Shown here: positions 37,835 to 47,627 of the stretch, in pieces
Position numbering within the stretch: position 1 is the first letter of the stretch
How the letters are laid out: each line of letters opens with the position of its first letter
Origin: an uncultured Planctomycetia bacterium
GTDB lineage: Bacteria; Omnitrophota; Gorgyraeia; Tantalellales; Tantalellaceae
Direction of reading: 5' to 3'
Length of the DNA: 64,000 nucleotides
NCBI GenBank assembly: GCA_964409365.1
Contig: CAYPCX010000003.1
Coordinates: 20,577-84,576 of the forward strand
The notes under the pieces: model-generated
What the model was told of the DNA's origin: nothing
The model's input: the letters and a program-made list of their open reading frames with translations, nothing else
Database searches by the model: none
Program-made: the position numbers and the translations under genes

Positions 37835-39652
37835 ATGAGCTTCCAGATATTCTACCTGCAGATACTCTGTTTCGGGGTGCTTCTTCTTGCCGCCAGCATA
37901 GGAGGGAGGATAGCCCGCCGCTTGCGTGCAGGCGAGGTGGTGGGGCAGGTCCTCGGGGGCCTGGTCGTCGGCCCCGTGCTCCTTTTCTTTCTGGAACATA
38001 AGATGCCGGGGTACAGGCAAGCCATACAATCCCTGCATTTTTTTACTTTTGTTTTCCTGAGCATAATCGTATTCGGTATCGGGGACGAGCTCAGTTCCGG
38101 AAAGATAAAGAGCGTCGGCAGGGATGTACTTATCATCTGCATCGTGCAGGCAGCGGCCACCTGGGTGCTGGTCAGCGCGACTTTCCTGCTTTTGGGATTC
38201 GAGCCGATAATCGCGCTTATCATCGGCAGTATAGGCATCGCCACGGCGCCCGCGGCGACCTTTGTCATAATGAACAAGCTCGATATCACCGGCAAGATGC
38301 GTAATATGCTCGGCGGCATCGTCGTTCTAGACGACGTCATAGAGGTCATCGTTTTTTCGATCATGTTCCAGGCGGCGTACCTCCTTCACAGGCACAGCGG
38401 AGTGTCCCTCCCGGACCTTGTCTATCCGATGGCAAAGGAATTCGGTTTCGCGATCCTTCTCGGCCTGGCGATATTTCTGGTCATCCGCATCACCCTGACG
38501 CGCAGGTGGCTTATGCCGAAGGGGGACAGGGCGCGCAGGGGAGTGGTCCTCGGGCCGGAGTTCCTGTCGCGCCTCATAACCGAGATGCCGGGACCTTCGG
38601 TCGAGGTGTTCGTAGTCGTCTGGGGCCTCGTGTCGATCGGCGTGGGGCTCGCCCTGCACTGGCATCTCCCGTTCCTGATCACGGCCGTAAGCGCGGGGCT
38701 CTTCGTTTCGAATTTCTACGGGCGGCATGTCTTCGAGTCCCTCAGGATCGAGAACGCCACCTCGATGTACACGCTGCTTTTTTTCGCCCTTATCGGAGCC
38801 AACGCCAACATCGAGGCGTTCCATCCGGAAAACTTGATTTTCATAGTCGTGTATATCGCCTCAAGATCGATAGGAAAGATAGGAGGGACCTGGCTGGGCT
38901 GTAAAATGACGGGCCAGGACCGGCGGCTCACCCATTGCCTGCCGAAGCTTATGCTCCCCCAGGCCGGGGTCGCGGTCGTGGAGGCGTTCTTCGTGGCGGT
39001 GGTCCTCGGCGCGCGTGGGGAGGCGATACTCGGCATCATACTCCCGGGCCTGATAGTGTTCGAGCTGGTCGGCGTACTCGTTTCCGAGAGGGCGCTCATC
39101 AGGTGGCGGTCATGGGTGACGGGCGGGGGGGATCTGATCGGCGAGGAAGAGATCATCCGGGACAAGATGCAGAAAGAGCGCCTGGACATATACGAGCTTA
39201 TCCGTCCCGAATGTCTCAGGGTCCCGCTGGAAGTCAATTCCAAAGGCGAGGCCATCTGGGAGCTGATAAGGACCATACAGTCCGCAGGGTTCATCCAGAA
39301 CGGGGGAGAAGTCCTCCAGATCATCCTCCAGAGGGAACGGCAGGGCGGGATAACGCTCGGCGAGGGAACGGCGATCCTGCACGGCAGGATACCCGATCTT
39401 AAGGAACCGGCGATAGCTATCGGGGTCCTCCCGCGGGACCACAGCGTCGATTTCGGCGGCACGGGGGATATACCGATAGATATCGTGTATATGGTCCTTT
39501 CGCCGCTTGAGAGGCCCGAACTTCACCTGCAGGTGCTCGCCGCGATCGCGCGCTTTTTGTCGGACTCCGACATGAGGACGCGCCTCAGGTACGCGAACAA
39601 CGAGCTCGAGGCGATGGAGATAATGAAGGAACACCATGAAGGTCAGGCATAG
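37835..39652 (+). CDS. Cation:proton antiporter (CPA/Na+-H+ exchanger) fused to C-terminal PTS EIIA(Ntr)-type (PTS_EIIA_2) regulatory domain
   Basis: ~400 aa polytopic N-terminus; C-terminal GITLGEGTAILHGRIPDL (phosphorylatable His in ILHGR) typical of PtsN/EIIA-2. Confidence 0.7.
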   Translation: MSFQIFYLQILCFGVLLLAASIGGRIARRLRAGEVVGQVLGGLVVGPVLLFFLEHKMPGYRQAIQSLHFFTFVFLSIIVFGIGDELSSGKIKSVGRDVLIICIVQAAATWVLVSATFLLLGFEPIIALIIGSIGIATAPAATFVIMNKLDITGKMRNMLGGIVVLDDVIEVIVFSIMFQAAYLLHRHSGVSLPDLVYPMAKEFGFAILLGLAIFLVIRITLTRRWLMPKGDRARRGVVLGPEFLSRLITEMPGPSVEVFVVVWGLVSIGVGLALHWHLPFLITAVSAGLFVSNFYGRHVFESLRIENATSMYTLLFFALIGANANIEAFHPENLIFIVVYIASRSIGKIGGTWLGCKMTGQDRRLTHCLPKLMLPQAGVAVVEAFFVAVVLGARGEAILGIILPGLIVFELVGVLVSERALIRWRSWVTGGGDLIGEEEIIRDKMQKERLDIYELIRPECLRVPLEVNSKGEAIWELIRTIQSAGFIQNGGEVLQIILQRERQGGITLGEGTAILHGRIPDLKEPAIAIGVLPRDHSVDFGGTGDIPIDIVYMVLSPLERPELHLQVLAAIARFLSDSDMRTRLRYANNELEAMEIMKEHHEGQA

Positions 39653-39658
39653 TACGAC

Positions 39659-41404
39659 ATGAACATACGCAAGGTCGATAAGATACTGATACTCATAGTC
39701 CTGCTCGGTTTTGTTTCCATCATATTGGCGAACAGCACGTATCAGGGGCCCCTGGTAACGAACACCAGCCATGTTCTGGATGTCGTAGTGACGTTCCTCT
39801 TTATTTCGCTGTATTTTGCGGAACTTTTCAGGGCAAAACAAAAACTGCAGTACCTGAGAAGTAATATCTTCGAAACACTCTTCGTGCTGGCTTTCATAGG
39901 AGTACTAATATACGCCAAGTACCGTTATTTTTACGTGAACCCTTACGCGGGGCACAATTTCCCCACCAAGATAATACTCATTTTGAGTGTTTTTAACATC
40001 GTAAGGGTCCTGGCCAGGATAAAGAAGCTCAACTCCTACATCCAGACGCTCCTTACCCATCCGGCGCAGACCATCATGTACAGCTTCGTGCTCGTAATAC
40101 TCGTCGGGACCATACTTCTGATGATGCCTTATTCGACAAGCGACCACTCCCGGATGGGCTTTATAAATGCTTTATTCACAGCTACTTCCGCGACTTGTGT
40201 CACGGGCCTAATAGTTGTGGACACCGCAACGAAATTCTCGCTCCTTGGGAAGCTCGTCATAATGACCCTCATACAGGTAGGGGCGCTCGGCATAATGATA
40301 CTGGGTTTTTTCGTAGCGTTCCTCATAGGCAAGAAAATATCGTACGAGGAGCGGCAGGCGATGGCCTACATGCTCGAGCTCGAGAAAAAGGACGCCCGAA
40401 AACTTGCCTGGGGCATCAAGAACATCATCCTCGTAACGTTCATTTTCGAGATCACAGGCGCGCTGCTGATGTTCTTCTCGTTCCATCATGTACTCGGTTT
40501 CAACCTCAAAAACGCGTTCTATTCCATTTTCCACGCCGTGTCCGCTTTCTGTAACGCGGGTTTCGCTTTGTTCTCGGACAACCTCGCACAGTTCGGGTCA
40601 TCCGTATCGATGAACTTTATAATAGCCGTTCTTATAATAGCGGGGGGGTTGAGCTTTGTCGTGATACTGAACTCGTTCGGTAACGTAAAGACCTCGTTCG
40701 AAAGAAAGTTCCTCAACAGGAACATCCCGCGGCAAAAACTAAAGCTGAACACGCAGATAGTCCTTACCGCGACCGTTATTCTGATCGTAACGGGGACCTT
40801 TATCATATACTGGATAGAGCACAAGCCTAACTTGCTGCAATACGGCCTGAAGACGCAATACCTCATGTCGTTCTTCCAGTCGGTCACCCTGAGGACCGCC
40901 GGTTTTAATACCATGGACATCTCTAAACTGTGCCCCGCGACCTATTTCATCATGATGCTTTTCATGTTCATCGGGGGCGCGTCCGGCTCCACGGCCGGCG
41001 GCATCAAGGTCAACACCCTCGGCGTGGCCTGGGCGTATATACGTTCCGTGTTCACCGGCAGGGAGGACGTGGTCCTGTTCAAACACTCGATATCAAAAGA
41101 TCTTGTCAACCAGGCGTTCCTGGTAATATTATTGTCTTTGACGATCGTTTTCAGCGGGACGATGCTTCTTGTGCTGTTCGAGAACAAAAGATTTCTGCAA
41201 GTGGCGTTCGAGGCGTTCTCCGCTTTCGGGACCGTAGGCCTTTCGACAGGCATCACGCCGACACTGACGGGCGCGGGCAAACTGACCATAACGCTCCTCA
41301 TGTTCATAGGAAGGCTGGGCCCGATGACCATAGTGGCCGCCGTGGCGCGGAAGGGCGAAAAATACGACATAAAATATCCCGAGAGCCAGGTAAGCATCGG
41401 ATAA
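39659..41404 (+). CDS. trkH: Trk/Ktr-type potassium uptake membrane subunit
   Basis: Repeated M-P-M pore motifs (GFNTMD, GTVGLSTGITP); 581 aa. Confidence 0.85.
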   Translation: MNIRKVDKILILIVLLGFVSIILANSTYQGPLVTNTSHVLDVVVTFLFISLYFAELFRAKQKLQYLRSNIFETLFVLAFIGVLIYAKYRYFYVNPYAGHNFPTKIILILSVFNIVRVLARIKKLNSYIQTLLTHPAQTIMYSFVLVILVGTILLMMPYSTSDHSRMGFINALFTATSATCVTGLIVVDTATKFSLLGKLVIMTLIQVGALGIMILGFFVAFLIGKKISYEERQAMAYMLELEKKDARKLAWGIKNIILVTFIFEITGALLMFFSFHHVLGFNLKNAFYSIFHAVSAFCNAGFALFSDNLAQFGSSVSMNFIIAVLIIAGGLSFVVILNSFGNVKTSFERKFLNRNIPRQKLKLNTQIVLTATVILIVTGTFIIYWIEHKPNLLQYGLKTQYLMSFFQSVTLRTAGFNTMDISKLCPATYFIMMLFMFIGGASGSTAGGIKVNTLGVAWAYIRSVFTGREDVVLFKHSISKDLVNQAFLVILLSLTIVFSGTMLLVLFENKRFLQVAFEAFSAFGTVGLSTGITPTLTGAGKLTITLLMFIGRLGPMTIVAAVARKGEKYDIKYPESQVSIG

Positions 41405-41405
41405 T

Positions 41406-41437
41406 CAAGTCGCAAGTCGCAAGTTACAAGTCAAAGG
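41406..41437. repeat. CAAGT pentamer tandem (tcaagtcgcaagtcgcaagttacaagtc) in trkH-trkA spacer
   Basis: Direct reading; same repeat style as CAGGT arrays elsewhere. Confidence 0.6.
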
Positions 41438-41445
41438 AGAGAAAA

Positions 41446-42150
41446 ATGGAAAAAGGAAAAGAAAAACTTTTCGCCGTGTTCGGCCTCGGGAAGTTCGGGT
41501 ATGAGGTTTGCAGAGTGCTGGCCGATAGCGGCGCCAAGGTGATCGCCGTGGACAGGGAACAGAAGCGCGTAAACAAGGTAAGGGACATGGTAACGGAAGC
41601 GATCCTCATCGAGACCAACGACGAGGAGACGTTCCTCAACGCCAACCTGCAGGACGTGGATGTCGGTATAGTCGCCCTCGGTTCCAATATCCAGGGGAGC
41701 ATCCTGACGACGACGCTCCTGAAGAACATAGGCGTCCCTTATATCATAGCGAGAGCGATGTCCGACGTGCACGCCCAGGTCCTGAAACAGACCGGCGCCA
41801 CCGAGGTCCTGAACCTTGAGATAGAGGAAGGCAAGAGGCTGGCCAGGCGCATCCTCGCGCCCGATCTCATGGACATCATACCCGTTTCCGCGGACCAGTC
41901 CGTGGTGGAGATGCGCGTTCCCAGGGAATTCGTCGGCAGGTCCCTCATAGACCTCAAACTCAGACAGAAGTACCAGGTCAACATCGTATCGATAAAAAGG
42001 ATAAAAACGACCATAGACGATATAGGCAACCCGGAAAGGGAAGAAACGGTCATAACGCCCGGGGCGGAGGACGTGCTGGAAGTGAACGATATTCTTGTGA
42101 TGCTGGGCGCCGAGAAAGACATCGACAAGATCAAGGAGCTCTCAAGATGA
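41446..42150 (+). CDS. trkA: Trk/Ktr K+ uptake regulatory subunit (RCK/TrkA-N + TrkA-C)
   Basis: FAVFGLGKFGYEVCRVLADSGAKVIAVDREQKRV Rossmann; ATG 41446 after AAAGGAGAG. Listed ORF 40930.. upstream part rejected (overlaps trkH). Confidence 0.8.
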   Translation: MEKGKEKLFAVFGLGKFGYEVCRVLADSGAKVIAVDREQKRVNKVRDMVTEAILIETNDEETFLNANLQDVDVGIVALGSNIQGSILTTTLLKNIGVPYIIARAMSDVHAQVLKQTGATEVLNLEIEEGKRLARRILAPDLMDIIPVSADQSVVEMRVPREFVGRSLIDLKLRQKYQVNIVSIKRIKTTIDDIGNPEREETVITPGAEDVLEVNDILVMLGAEKDIDKIKELSR

Positions 42151-42830
42151 TCATCATAAAAAAGACAAGTCTTTACATCGTTACGGCCCTGGTGCTCCTG
42201 TTGCTGGTAGCCGGCGAGCTGAGGTTCTTCCTGGCCATCCAAAGCATCGAGACCCATACGAACCTTGACTTCAAATACGAGGTCGAAAGCTTCATATTCG
42301 CGTCGATCGTCCTGACGCTCGTGGTCGTCCTCTTTCTGGTGTATTTCATCAGGAAAAGCGAGAACATCCTCAAGCGGCTGGATAAGATGATCGAGCTTTC
42401 CGAATACGGCAAGCACGACATAAGCGCTCATCTCAAGAAGATAGGCAAACTGGGCAACAAGGTGGAGTACCTCTTGTACCACTACAAGCGGCTGAACGAG
42501 ATGAAATCGCTCAAGATAAGTTCCCTGTCCGGCATGACCGGTTTTTTAGTGGCGAGGTGCGAGGCGCCGCTTTTTGTGCTGGACCGCAGCGGGATCGTTC
42601 AGAATTGCAGCGACGGCCTCTCGTCCGAGTTAAAGACCGAAAAAAAAGTTATAATAGGCAGCAGACTTAGCGTTCTTTTCAAAGATACCGACCCCGAGGA
42701 GCTTTTCTTTGACCTTGAAAAATCGCGCGTGCCCGTTACGAAAGAGTCCATGGGCAGGACGATAGTTTATTACCCGATAATGAACTCCGAGAACGAAGTC
42801 GCCAACGTCATAGGGGTGATCGAGAAATGA
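42147..42830 (+). CDS. Hypothetical bitopic membrane protein with C-terminal PAS-like soluble domain
   Basis: Two TM helices then ~150 aa soluble domain; 4-nt overlaps with trkA and with the secretin gene. Confidence 0.45.
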   Translation: MIIIKKTSLYIVTALVLLLLVAGELRFFLAIQSIETHTNLDFKYEVESFIFASIVLTLVVVLFLVYFIRKSENILKRLDKMIELSEYGKHDISAHLKKIGKLGNKVEYLLYHYKRLNEMKSLKISSLSGMTGFLVARCEAPLFVLDRSGIVQNCSDGLSSELKTEKKVIIGSRLSVLFKDTDPEELFFDLEKSRVPVTKESMGRTIVYYPIMNSENEVANVIGVIEK

Positions 42831-43669
42831 AGCCGCTGACGCTGTTCGTGATCCTGCTCTTTTGCGCAGGATGGGCCTTTTCGGACACCGAAGACCTGAA
42901 AGTACAGGTGTTCGAGATCGAGAACAGGAACGTCGGGACCATGTACCCGGTGGTGGAGCACCTTAAAAGCAGCGAGGGAAAGATAAGCATGGACCAGGGG
43001 GCGAACCGCCTGATAGTGATCGACTACCCCCAGAACATCAGCAAAATGGCCGAGGTGATAGGCCTTCTCGATATACCTGCGAAACAGGTCGAAATAAGGG
43101 TGGTCATAGTGGAGCTTACGGATGCTTTCCTGGGCAGGCACGGCATTATCCCGGGCAAGTCCGTCATAGCCCCCGACAAATTCGATGCGATGATCTACCT
43201 TATTTCTAACAGTAAAGAAACGCAGGTCCGCTCAAGCATGACGGTCCTGGCCACGAGCGGCGAGCCCGCCCGCATACAACTGTCCCGCGAGGAGGAAGTA
43301 AAAGGCGTCGTGGCAAGCAGGAACGGACGGACCGTGGTGGTCCAGCCGTCCGCCAGGTCAGCCGGGGATTTCCTGGAAGTCCTGCCGATAGTGAACGCTG
43401 ACGGTACGATCGATATGTCATTGAGGCCGGTGATGAGCGAATTCCAGGACAGCCGGACGGTATATGAAAGATCGGTCGTAACGAAAGCCAGGATAATGGA
43501 CGGGGACACCATCGTGATAGGAGACATGTACACTCAAGGAAGCGAAGCCTCTCAGGAAAGCCTGCCGCATGCCGGAATAGCACTGCCTGAAAGATACCAA
43601 AAAGACGGGAAAAGGGTAGTGATGTTCCTCACGGCCAGGATCACAGACCGAAGCCCCTCGAAAAATTAA
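42827..43669 (+). CDS. Mini-secretin: signal peptide + one Secretin_N domain + secretin C-domain (280 aa)
   Basis: VQVFEIENRNVGTMYPVVEHLK...ANRLIVIDYPQNISKMAEVIGLLDIPAKQVEIRVVIVEL (Secretin_N pattern) and TVLATSGEPARIQLSREE...GDFLEVLPIVNADGTIDMSLRPVMSEF...TKARIMDGDTIVIGDMY...KRVVMFLTARI (secretin core pattern). Confidence 0.6.
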   Translation: MKPLTLFVILLFCAGWAFSDTEDLKVQVFEIENRNVGTMYPVVEHLKSSEGKISMDQGANRLIVIDYPQNISKMAEVIGLLDIPAKQVEIRVVIVELTDAFLGRHGIIPGKSVIAPDKFDAMIYLISNSKETQVRSSMTVLATSGEPARIQLSREEEVKGVVASRNGRTVVVQPSARSAGDFLEVLPIVNADGTIDMSLRPVMSEFQDSRTVYERSVVTKARIMDGDTIVIGDMYTQGSEASQESLPHAGIALPERYQKDGKRVVMFLTARITDRSPSKN

Positions 43670-43757
43670 CCAAAAATTTCCTGGTTCATAACCTGTGCTT
43701 AATCTTAATATTATATACTTAAAGTGTAGGAGTACAGGCATAACCGGGAGGATAGAG

Positions 43758-44144
43758 ATGAACGGCTGGTTTTATGACAGGAAAGGGAAACCCTGTGTAT
43801 TTCTCTATGAAGACCGGTTCATCAGCCGGGACGGTCATGATATCGGGTGGCTGGTGAACAACAGGGATATCTATTCCCGGACCGGCGAGCACATAGGGTG
43901 GTTCGAGGCCGACGTCATTTTCGACGCCTGCAACCGCGTCCTGGCCTTCCAGCAGGGGGCGATAGTGAGCCTCCCGTTCGTTCCGTACACCGTTTCCATG
44001 CCGGAAAGCCCTTGCATACCGTCAAGGCCGGATCAACCGGAGTTCCACGCGGCGCCGATAAAGCCCGAATACTGCAGCGGCTGGTCGCATCTCGACGCCG
44101 AGGAATTATTCCTCAAAGAACACGGCCACGTCACGGCGCACTGA
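43758..44144 (+). CDS. Hypothetical protein with internal GxxIGW repeats
   Basis: GHDIGWLVNNRDIYSRTGEHIGWFEADVIFD; RBS GGGAGG. Confidence 0.4.
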   Translation: MNGWFYDRKGKPCVFLYEDRFISRDGHDIGWLVNNRDIYSRTGEHIGWFEADVIFDACNRVLAFQQGAIVSLPFVPYTVSMPESPCIPSRPDQPEFHAAPIKPEYCSGWSHLDAEELFLKEHGHVTAH

Positions 44145-44222
44145 TCCTGAGGCGCCAATTTATCCTTTTCATGAGCCCTTAGAATGGCGTATAATACCTT
44201 AACAAAATCGAAAGGAGCTGCC

Positions 44223-44555
44223 ATGGCGGAAGGCGATCTGCTCAGGAGCATGACCGATGAGAAAAGGGAAGCGGTGCGGAAGCTGGCCGAAGAAAGAACG
44301 GGACACACGCTGCTCGCCAAGAAGGTAGACGAGATAGGCCTTTACACCCGCACCCGGAGCTACAAGTTCTGCACGATCGAGGTAGGTAAATATCTCGATG
44401 AACGCATCGCCGGCAGCCCCGGGGAAGAGGTCGGGGCCATTTTCGAGAGCGACGCTGACCTTCACGTAGTATGCACTGCCAACCACGGGATCGAAAAAGG
44501 AGACCCCTTTATCTTCAGGGACCAGGAAATATACGAAATAGTAGAGGAGATATGA
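44223..44555 (+). CDS. Hypothetical protein (110 aa)
   Basis: ATG after AAAGGAG; TATAAT at 44196-44201 upstream. Confidence 0.4.
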   Translation: MAEGDLLRSMTDEKREAVRKLAEERTGHTLLAKKVDEIGLYTRTRSYKFCTIEVGKYLDERIAGSPGEEVGAIFESDADLHVVCTANHGIEKGDPFIFRDQEIYEIVEEI

Positions 44556-45094
44556 TGGTATCCATAATATCCTTGCCCGCAAAGATCATAAAGCTGCTTG
44601 AATCGAACGTATCGGAAGGGGAGATCGCCGCCGGAGTGTGCCTGGGGATGTACATCGGGTTCATACCGCTCAACGGGCCGATGGTGGTCCTCTTGATCCT
44701 CTTTTTCCTGTTCTTCAAGCTCAACCGGCTCTCGACCCTGCTCACACTGCCCGTCTTTAAGCTTTTCTACGTACTCGGGGTGAGCGCTCTCGCGGACGCC
44801 GTGGGAGGGTTCATCCTCATCGACTTCCGGTTCCTGACGGGCTTCTGGAGATGGGTCACGCATCTTCCGGTCGTAGCATATCTTGACCTGAACAACACGC
44901 TCGTGATCGGGGGGCTCGCCGTATCCACGGCACTCTGTTACCCGGTCTATCTGGGCGCTAAAAAAGTGACCGTCAAGATACGGGAAAAATACGGCGAAAA
45001 GATAAAGAACATGAAGTTCGTCAAATTCGTGAAAAAGATACCTATCGTGCACAAGCTCACGCTCGTGATCGGACGTCTTAGGGGGGAACAATGA
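44552..45094 (+). CDS. DUF2062-like membrane protein
   Basis: SEGEIAAGVCLGMYIGFIPLNG then hydrophobic helices; 4-nt overlaps on both sides. Confidence 0.45.
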   Translation: MMVSIISLPAKIIKLLESNVSEGEIAAGVCLGMYIGFIPLNGPMVVLLILFFLFFKLNRLSTLLTLPVFKLFYVLGVSALADAVGGFILIDFRFLTGFWRWVTHLPVVAYLDLNNTLVIGGLAVSTALCYPVYLGAKKVTVKIREKYGEKIKNMKFVKFVKKIPIVHKLTLVIGRLRGEQ

Positions 45095-46446
45095 TGATGA
45101 AAAGGTTCAATATACAGGGAATTATAATCCTGGTCGTCGTGCTGGCCGTGATCCAGGTCGGGGTAGGCCTCTTCGTGAGCCCTTTTCTGGGCAAATTCGT
45201 CATCGAGAAGATAAACGACGCGAGTAATGCCAGGATCTCGATCGACAAGGTACACGTCTGGCCGGTGACGCTTTCCGTGTCCCTCAAGGGACTGGCGGTC
45301 TTCAATCCCGATAGCGACAACGAGCGTATCGTGAACATAGGAAGCGCCTCCGTGCGCCTAAGCCCGGTCGCCATGCTCTCCAAGCGCCTGGTCCTCTCCA
45401 GCGTCACTCTAAACGATGTCGACATCACCCTGGAGGGCGAGCCGGACGGCAGTTTTAACATACAGAAACTGGGCCAGCCGAAAGAGGAAGAAAAAAAGCC
45501 CTTCCGGGTCTCCGGCGTGCTTGACCGCTTCAAGAAGAAAAAAGACTGGTACGGAAGGGTCTATGACATGCTGAAGAAACGTTCTTCCAAGGAAGCCGTT
45601 GAGGAACAAAAATCGTCCCGGCAGGCCGCCGGGAAGGTGACCCGTGAAGTGACCGAACTACCGAGGGGCAGAAGGGTCACCTTCACGACCGTCAGGGACG
45701 ACTACCTGTTCGCTATTACGAAGATGAAGGTCAATAACGGCCGCATCAGGATGATCGCGGATGACGGAGAGACCGCCGACGTGGACCGGGCGAACATAGT
45801 CATGAGCGGCCTGGCCGTAGACCCCAAAAAGGGCACGCGTTTCGATAAGCTCTTCCTGAACGGCATCCTGAAAAAGAAAGAAAAAGAAGCCGGGAACTTC
45901 GATATTTCCTACCGGCAGGCGTTCAAAAAGAACGACCTCGTAACCGATATCGACGTGAAAGCCAGGGGTATAGACCTCGCTGCGATCGGTTTCATATACG
46001 ATGACTCGCTTCCGGTAATTGTCAAAAGCGGCAGGCTCGACATCCAGTCGAAGACGCGGATGCTGAACGACGGACTCGATTCGCACAATTACCTGGTCCT
46101 GAAAGACCCTAAGCTCGAACCCAAAAGCGGCCGGCAGGCGGTCGGCCTGGTCCCCATGCCGATGATCTGCCAGGCGCTTAACTCCATAAATCCCGTCAAA
46201 CTTAAGTTCGATATAACGGGCACTGTGGAGAACCCGCAATTCTCGGGATTCCAGGACGTGCTCCTCGAGCTGGTCAAACCGGCCATGAAGGACCTGGAAG
46301 AGCAGGGGATAAAAGCCGGCGTGGACTTCCTGAAGAAAAAAGCGGGTATTGGCGGGACCGAAAGCGGCGCTCAGAATGAGGAAGACGCCGCGGAGAAGAC
46401 GCTCGATTCGATAAAATCCCTCTTCAGCGGCCAGGAAAAGAAATGA
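45091..46446 (+). CDS. AsmA-like/DUF748-like membrane-anchored protein
   Basis: N-terminal TM (IIILVVVLAVIQVGVGLFV) followed by long beta-rich periplasmic region with repetitive ...L.L..V.i.. pattern. Confidence 0.4.
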   Translation: MMMKRFNIQGIIILVVVLAVIQVGVGLFVSPFLGKFVIEKINDASNARISIDKVHVWPVTLSVSLKGLAVFNPDSDNERIVNIGSASVRLSPVAMLSKRLVLSSVTLNDVDITLEGEPDGSFNIQKLGQPKEEEKKPFRVSGVLDRFKKKKDWYGRVYDMLKKRSSKEAVEEQKSSRQAAGKVTREVTELPRGRRVTFTTVRDDYLFAITKMKVNNGRIRMIADDGETADVDRANIVMSGLAVDPKKGTRFDKLFLNGILKKKEKEAGNFDISYRQAFKKNDLVTDIDVKARGIDLAAIGFIYDDSLPVIVKSGRLDIQSKTRMLNDGLDSHNYLVLKDPKLEPKSGRQAVGLVPMPMICQALNSINPVKLKFDITGTVENPQFSGFQDVLLELVKPAMKDLEEQGIKAGVDFLKKKAGIGGTESGAQNEEDAAEKTLDSIKSLFSGQEKK

Positions 46447-47051
46447 ACTTGTTGAGCGGCATAGGCATGCTACTTGGCGGGGCATGGGCCTCCGGCGTAA
46501 ATCTTTACCTCACGGTCGCCGGGCTCGGCATAGCCGGCAGGCTGGGATGGATAGAGCTTCCCGCGGGGCTCGAGGTTCTCTCTAACCAGCTGGTCATAGC
46601 CGTCGCCGCACTTCTTTTCCTAATAGAATTCTTCGCCGACAAGATACCGTACGTGGATTCCGCCTGGGATTCCGTGCATACGTTCATACGTCCGGCCGGC
46701 GCGGCGGTCCTGGCTTTCATGGCGACGGCCGGCATGGAGAGCGCCCCCGTTCAGTTCACGGCAGCGCTTCTTTGTGGTGTTGTCTCGCTCGATGCCCACC
46801 TTACAAAGGCTACGACCCGGGTAGCGATAAACACGTCCCCGGAGCCCTTTACCAACTCGGCCGCCAGTGTTTCCGAGGACGCGCTCGTGATCGTGGCCCT
46901 GTGGCTCATAATGAAACACCCCGTGATAGCCGGGATACTCGTAATATCGTTCATAGTGTTTTCCGTCTGGTTCCTGAGGGTCATGTTCAGGTTTCTCAAT
47001 AAAGCCGTGCGGGGCCTCAGGGGAAAAAGCGGCAGCGAAGAAAGCGGTTAG
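46443..47051 (+). CDS. DUF4126-like integral membrane protein
   Basis: GAWASGVNLYLTVAGLGIAG...; 202 aa, 5-6 TM. Confidence 0.45.
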   Translation: MNLLSGIGMLLGGAWASGVNLYLTVAGLGIAGRLGWIELPAGLEVLSNQLVIAVAALLFLIEFFADKIPYVDSAWDSVHTFIRPAGAAVLAFMATAGMESAPVQFTAALLCGVVSLDAHLTKATTRVAINTSPEPFTNSAASVSEDALVIVALWLIMKHPVIAGILVISFIVFSVWFLRVMFRFLNKAVRGLRGKSGSEESG

Positions 47052-47054
47052 ACC

Positions 47055-47540
47055 ATGGCATACTATATCAAGACCATAGGCATAAGACGGCAGAAGAACA
47101 GCATCTTTGAAGGCAGATTCCCCAGGATGCTGCTTTCCCAGATGTGTTTCAAGACCGGTAAGGGCGCTCCGAGACGCCTTAAAAAGGGAGACAGGCTTGT
47201 ACTTTACTGCGTGATAGGGGGAGCCAAAGAATTCCCAAAGGGCGGCTTTATCGGCACCCAGAGGGTCCTTGGCAAACTCCGGAAGAACGAAGACCTGTTT
47301 GAAAAAGAGTGGCGCAATGCCGTCGCCATACAGCCGGAGATATACTCGTTCCGGGACCTGGTAACACTGCAAAAGGTCAGGGGGTGGAAGGCCAAATCAA
47401 GGAAGCTTGATACGGCCTTGCGGGGTAATTTGCAGGCGATAGGCGGCCTCTGGGAGATCGACAGAGCCGATTACAGGCAGTTCCTGAGCGCATTTAAAGC
47501 GCACAGCCAGACCCCTCATGCACACTATTTTATTATTTAA
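47055..47540 (+). CDS. Hypothetical protein, possible PUA-like (EVE/ASCH) fold
   Basis: Size and ...GDRLVLYCVIGGAKEFPKGGFIG... pattern; weak. Confidence 0.3.
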   Translation: MAYYIKTIGIRRQKNSIFEGRFPRMLLSQMCFKTGKGAPRRLKKGDRLVLYCVIGGAKEFPKGGFIGTQRVLGKLRKNEDLFEKEWRNAVAIQPEIYSFRDLVTLQKVRGWKAKSRKLDTALRGNLQAIGGLWEIDRADYRQFLSAFKAHSQTPHAHYFII

Positions 47541-47627
47541 CCAAAAATTAATATTATTTTAACTTTTTTCTAACATAACCCAGATAAACTTCAGTGGTAT
47601 AGGGAGCACTCCGGAACATAAAACGAT

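Noticed and set aside
40930-41445. Upstream 172 codons of listed ORF 40930-42150
   Set aside because: It overlaps trkH in an alternative frame. The TrkA-like protein clearly begins at MEKGKEK (ATG 41446) with an AAAGGAGAG RBS.
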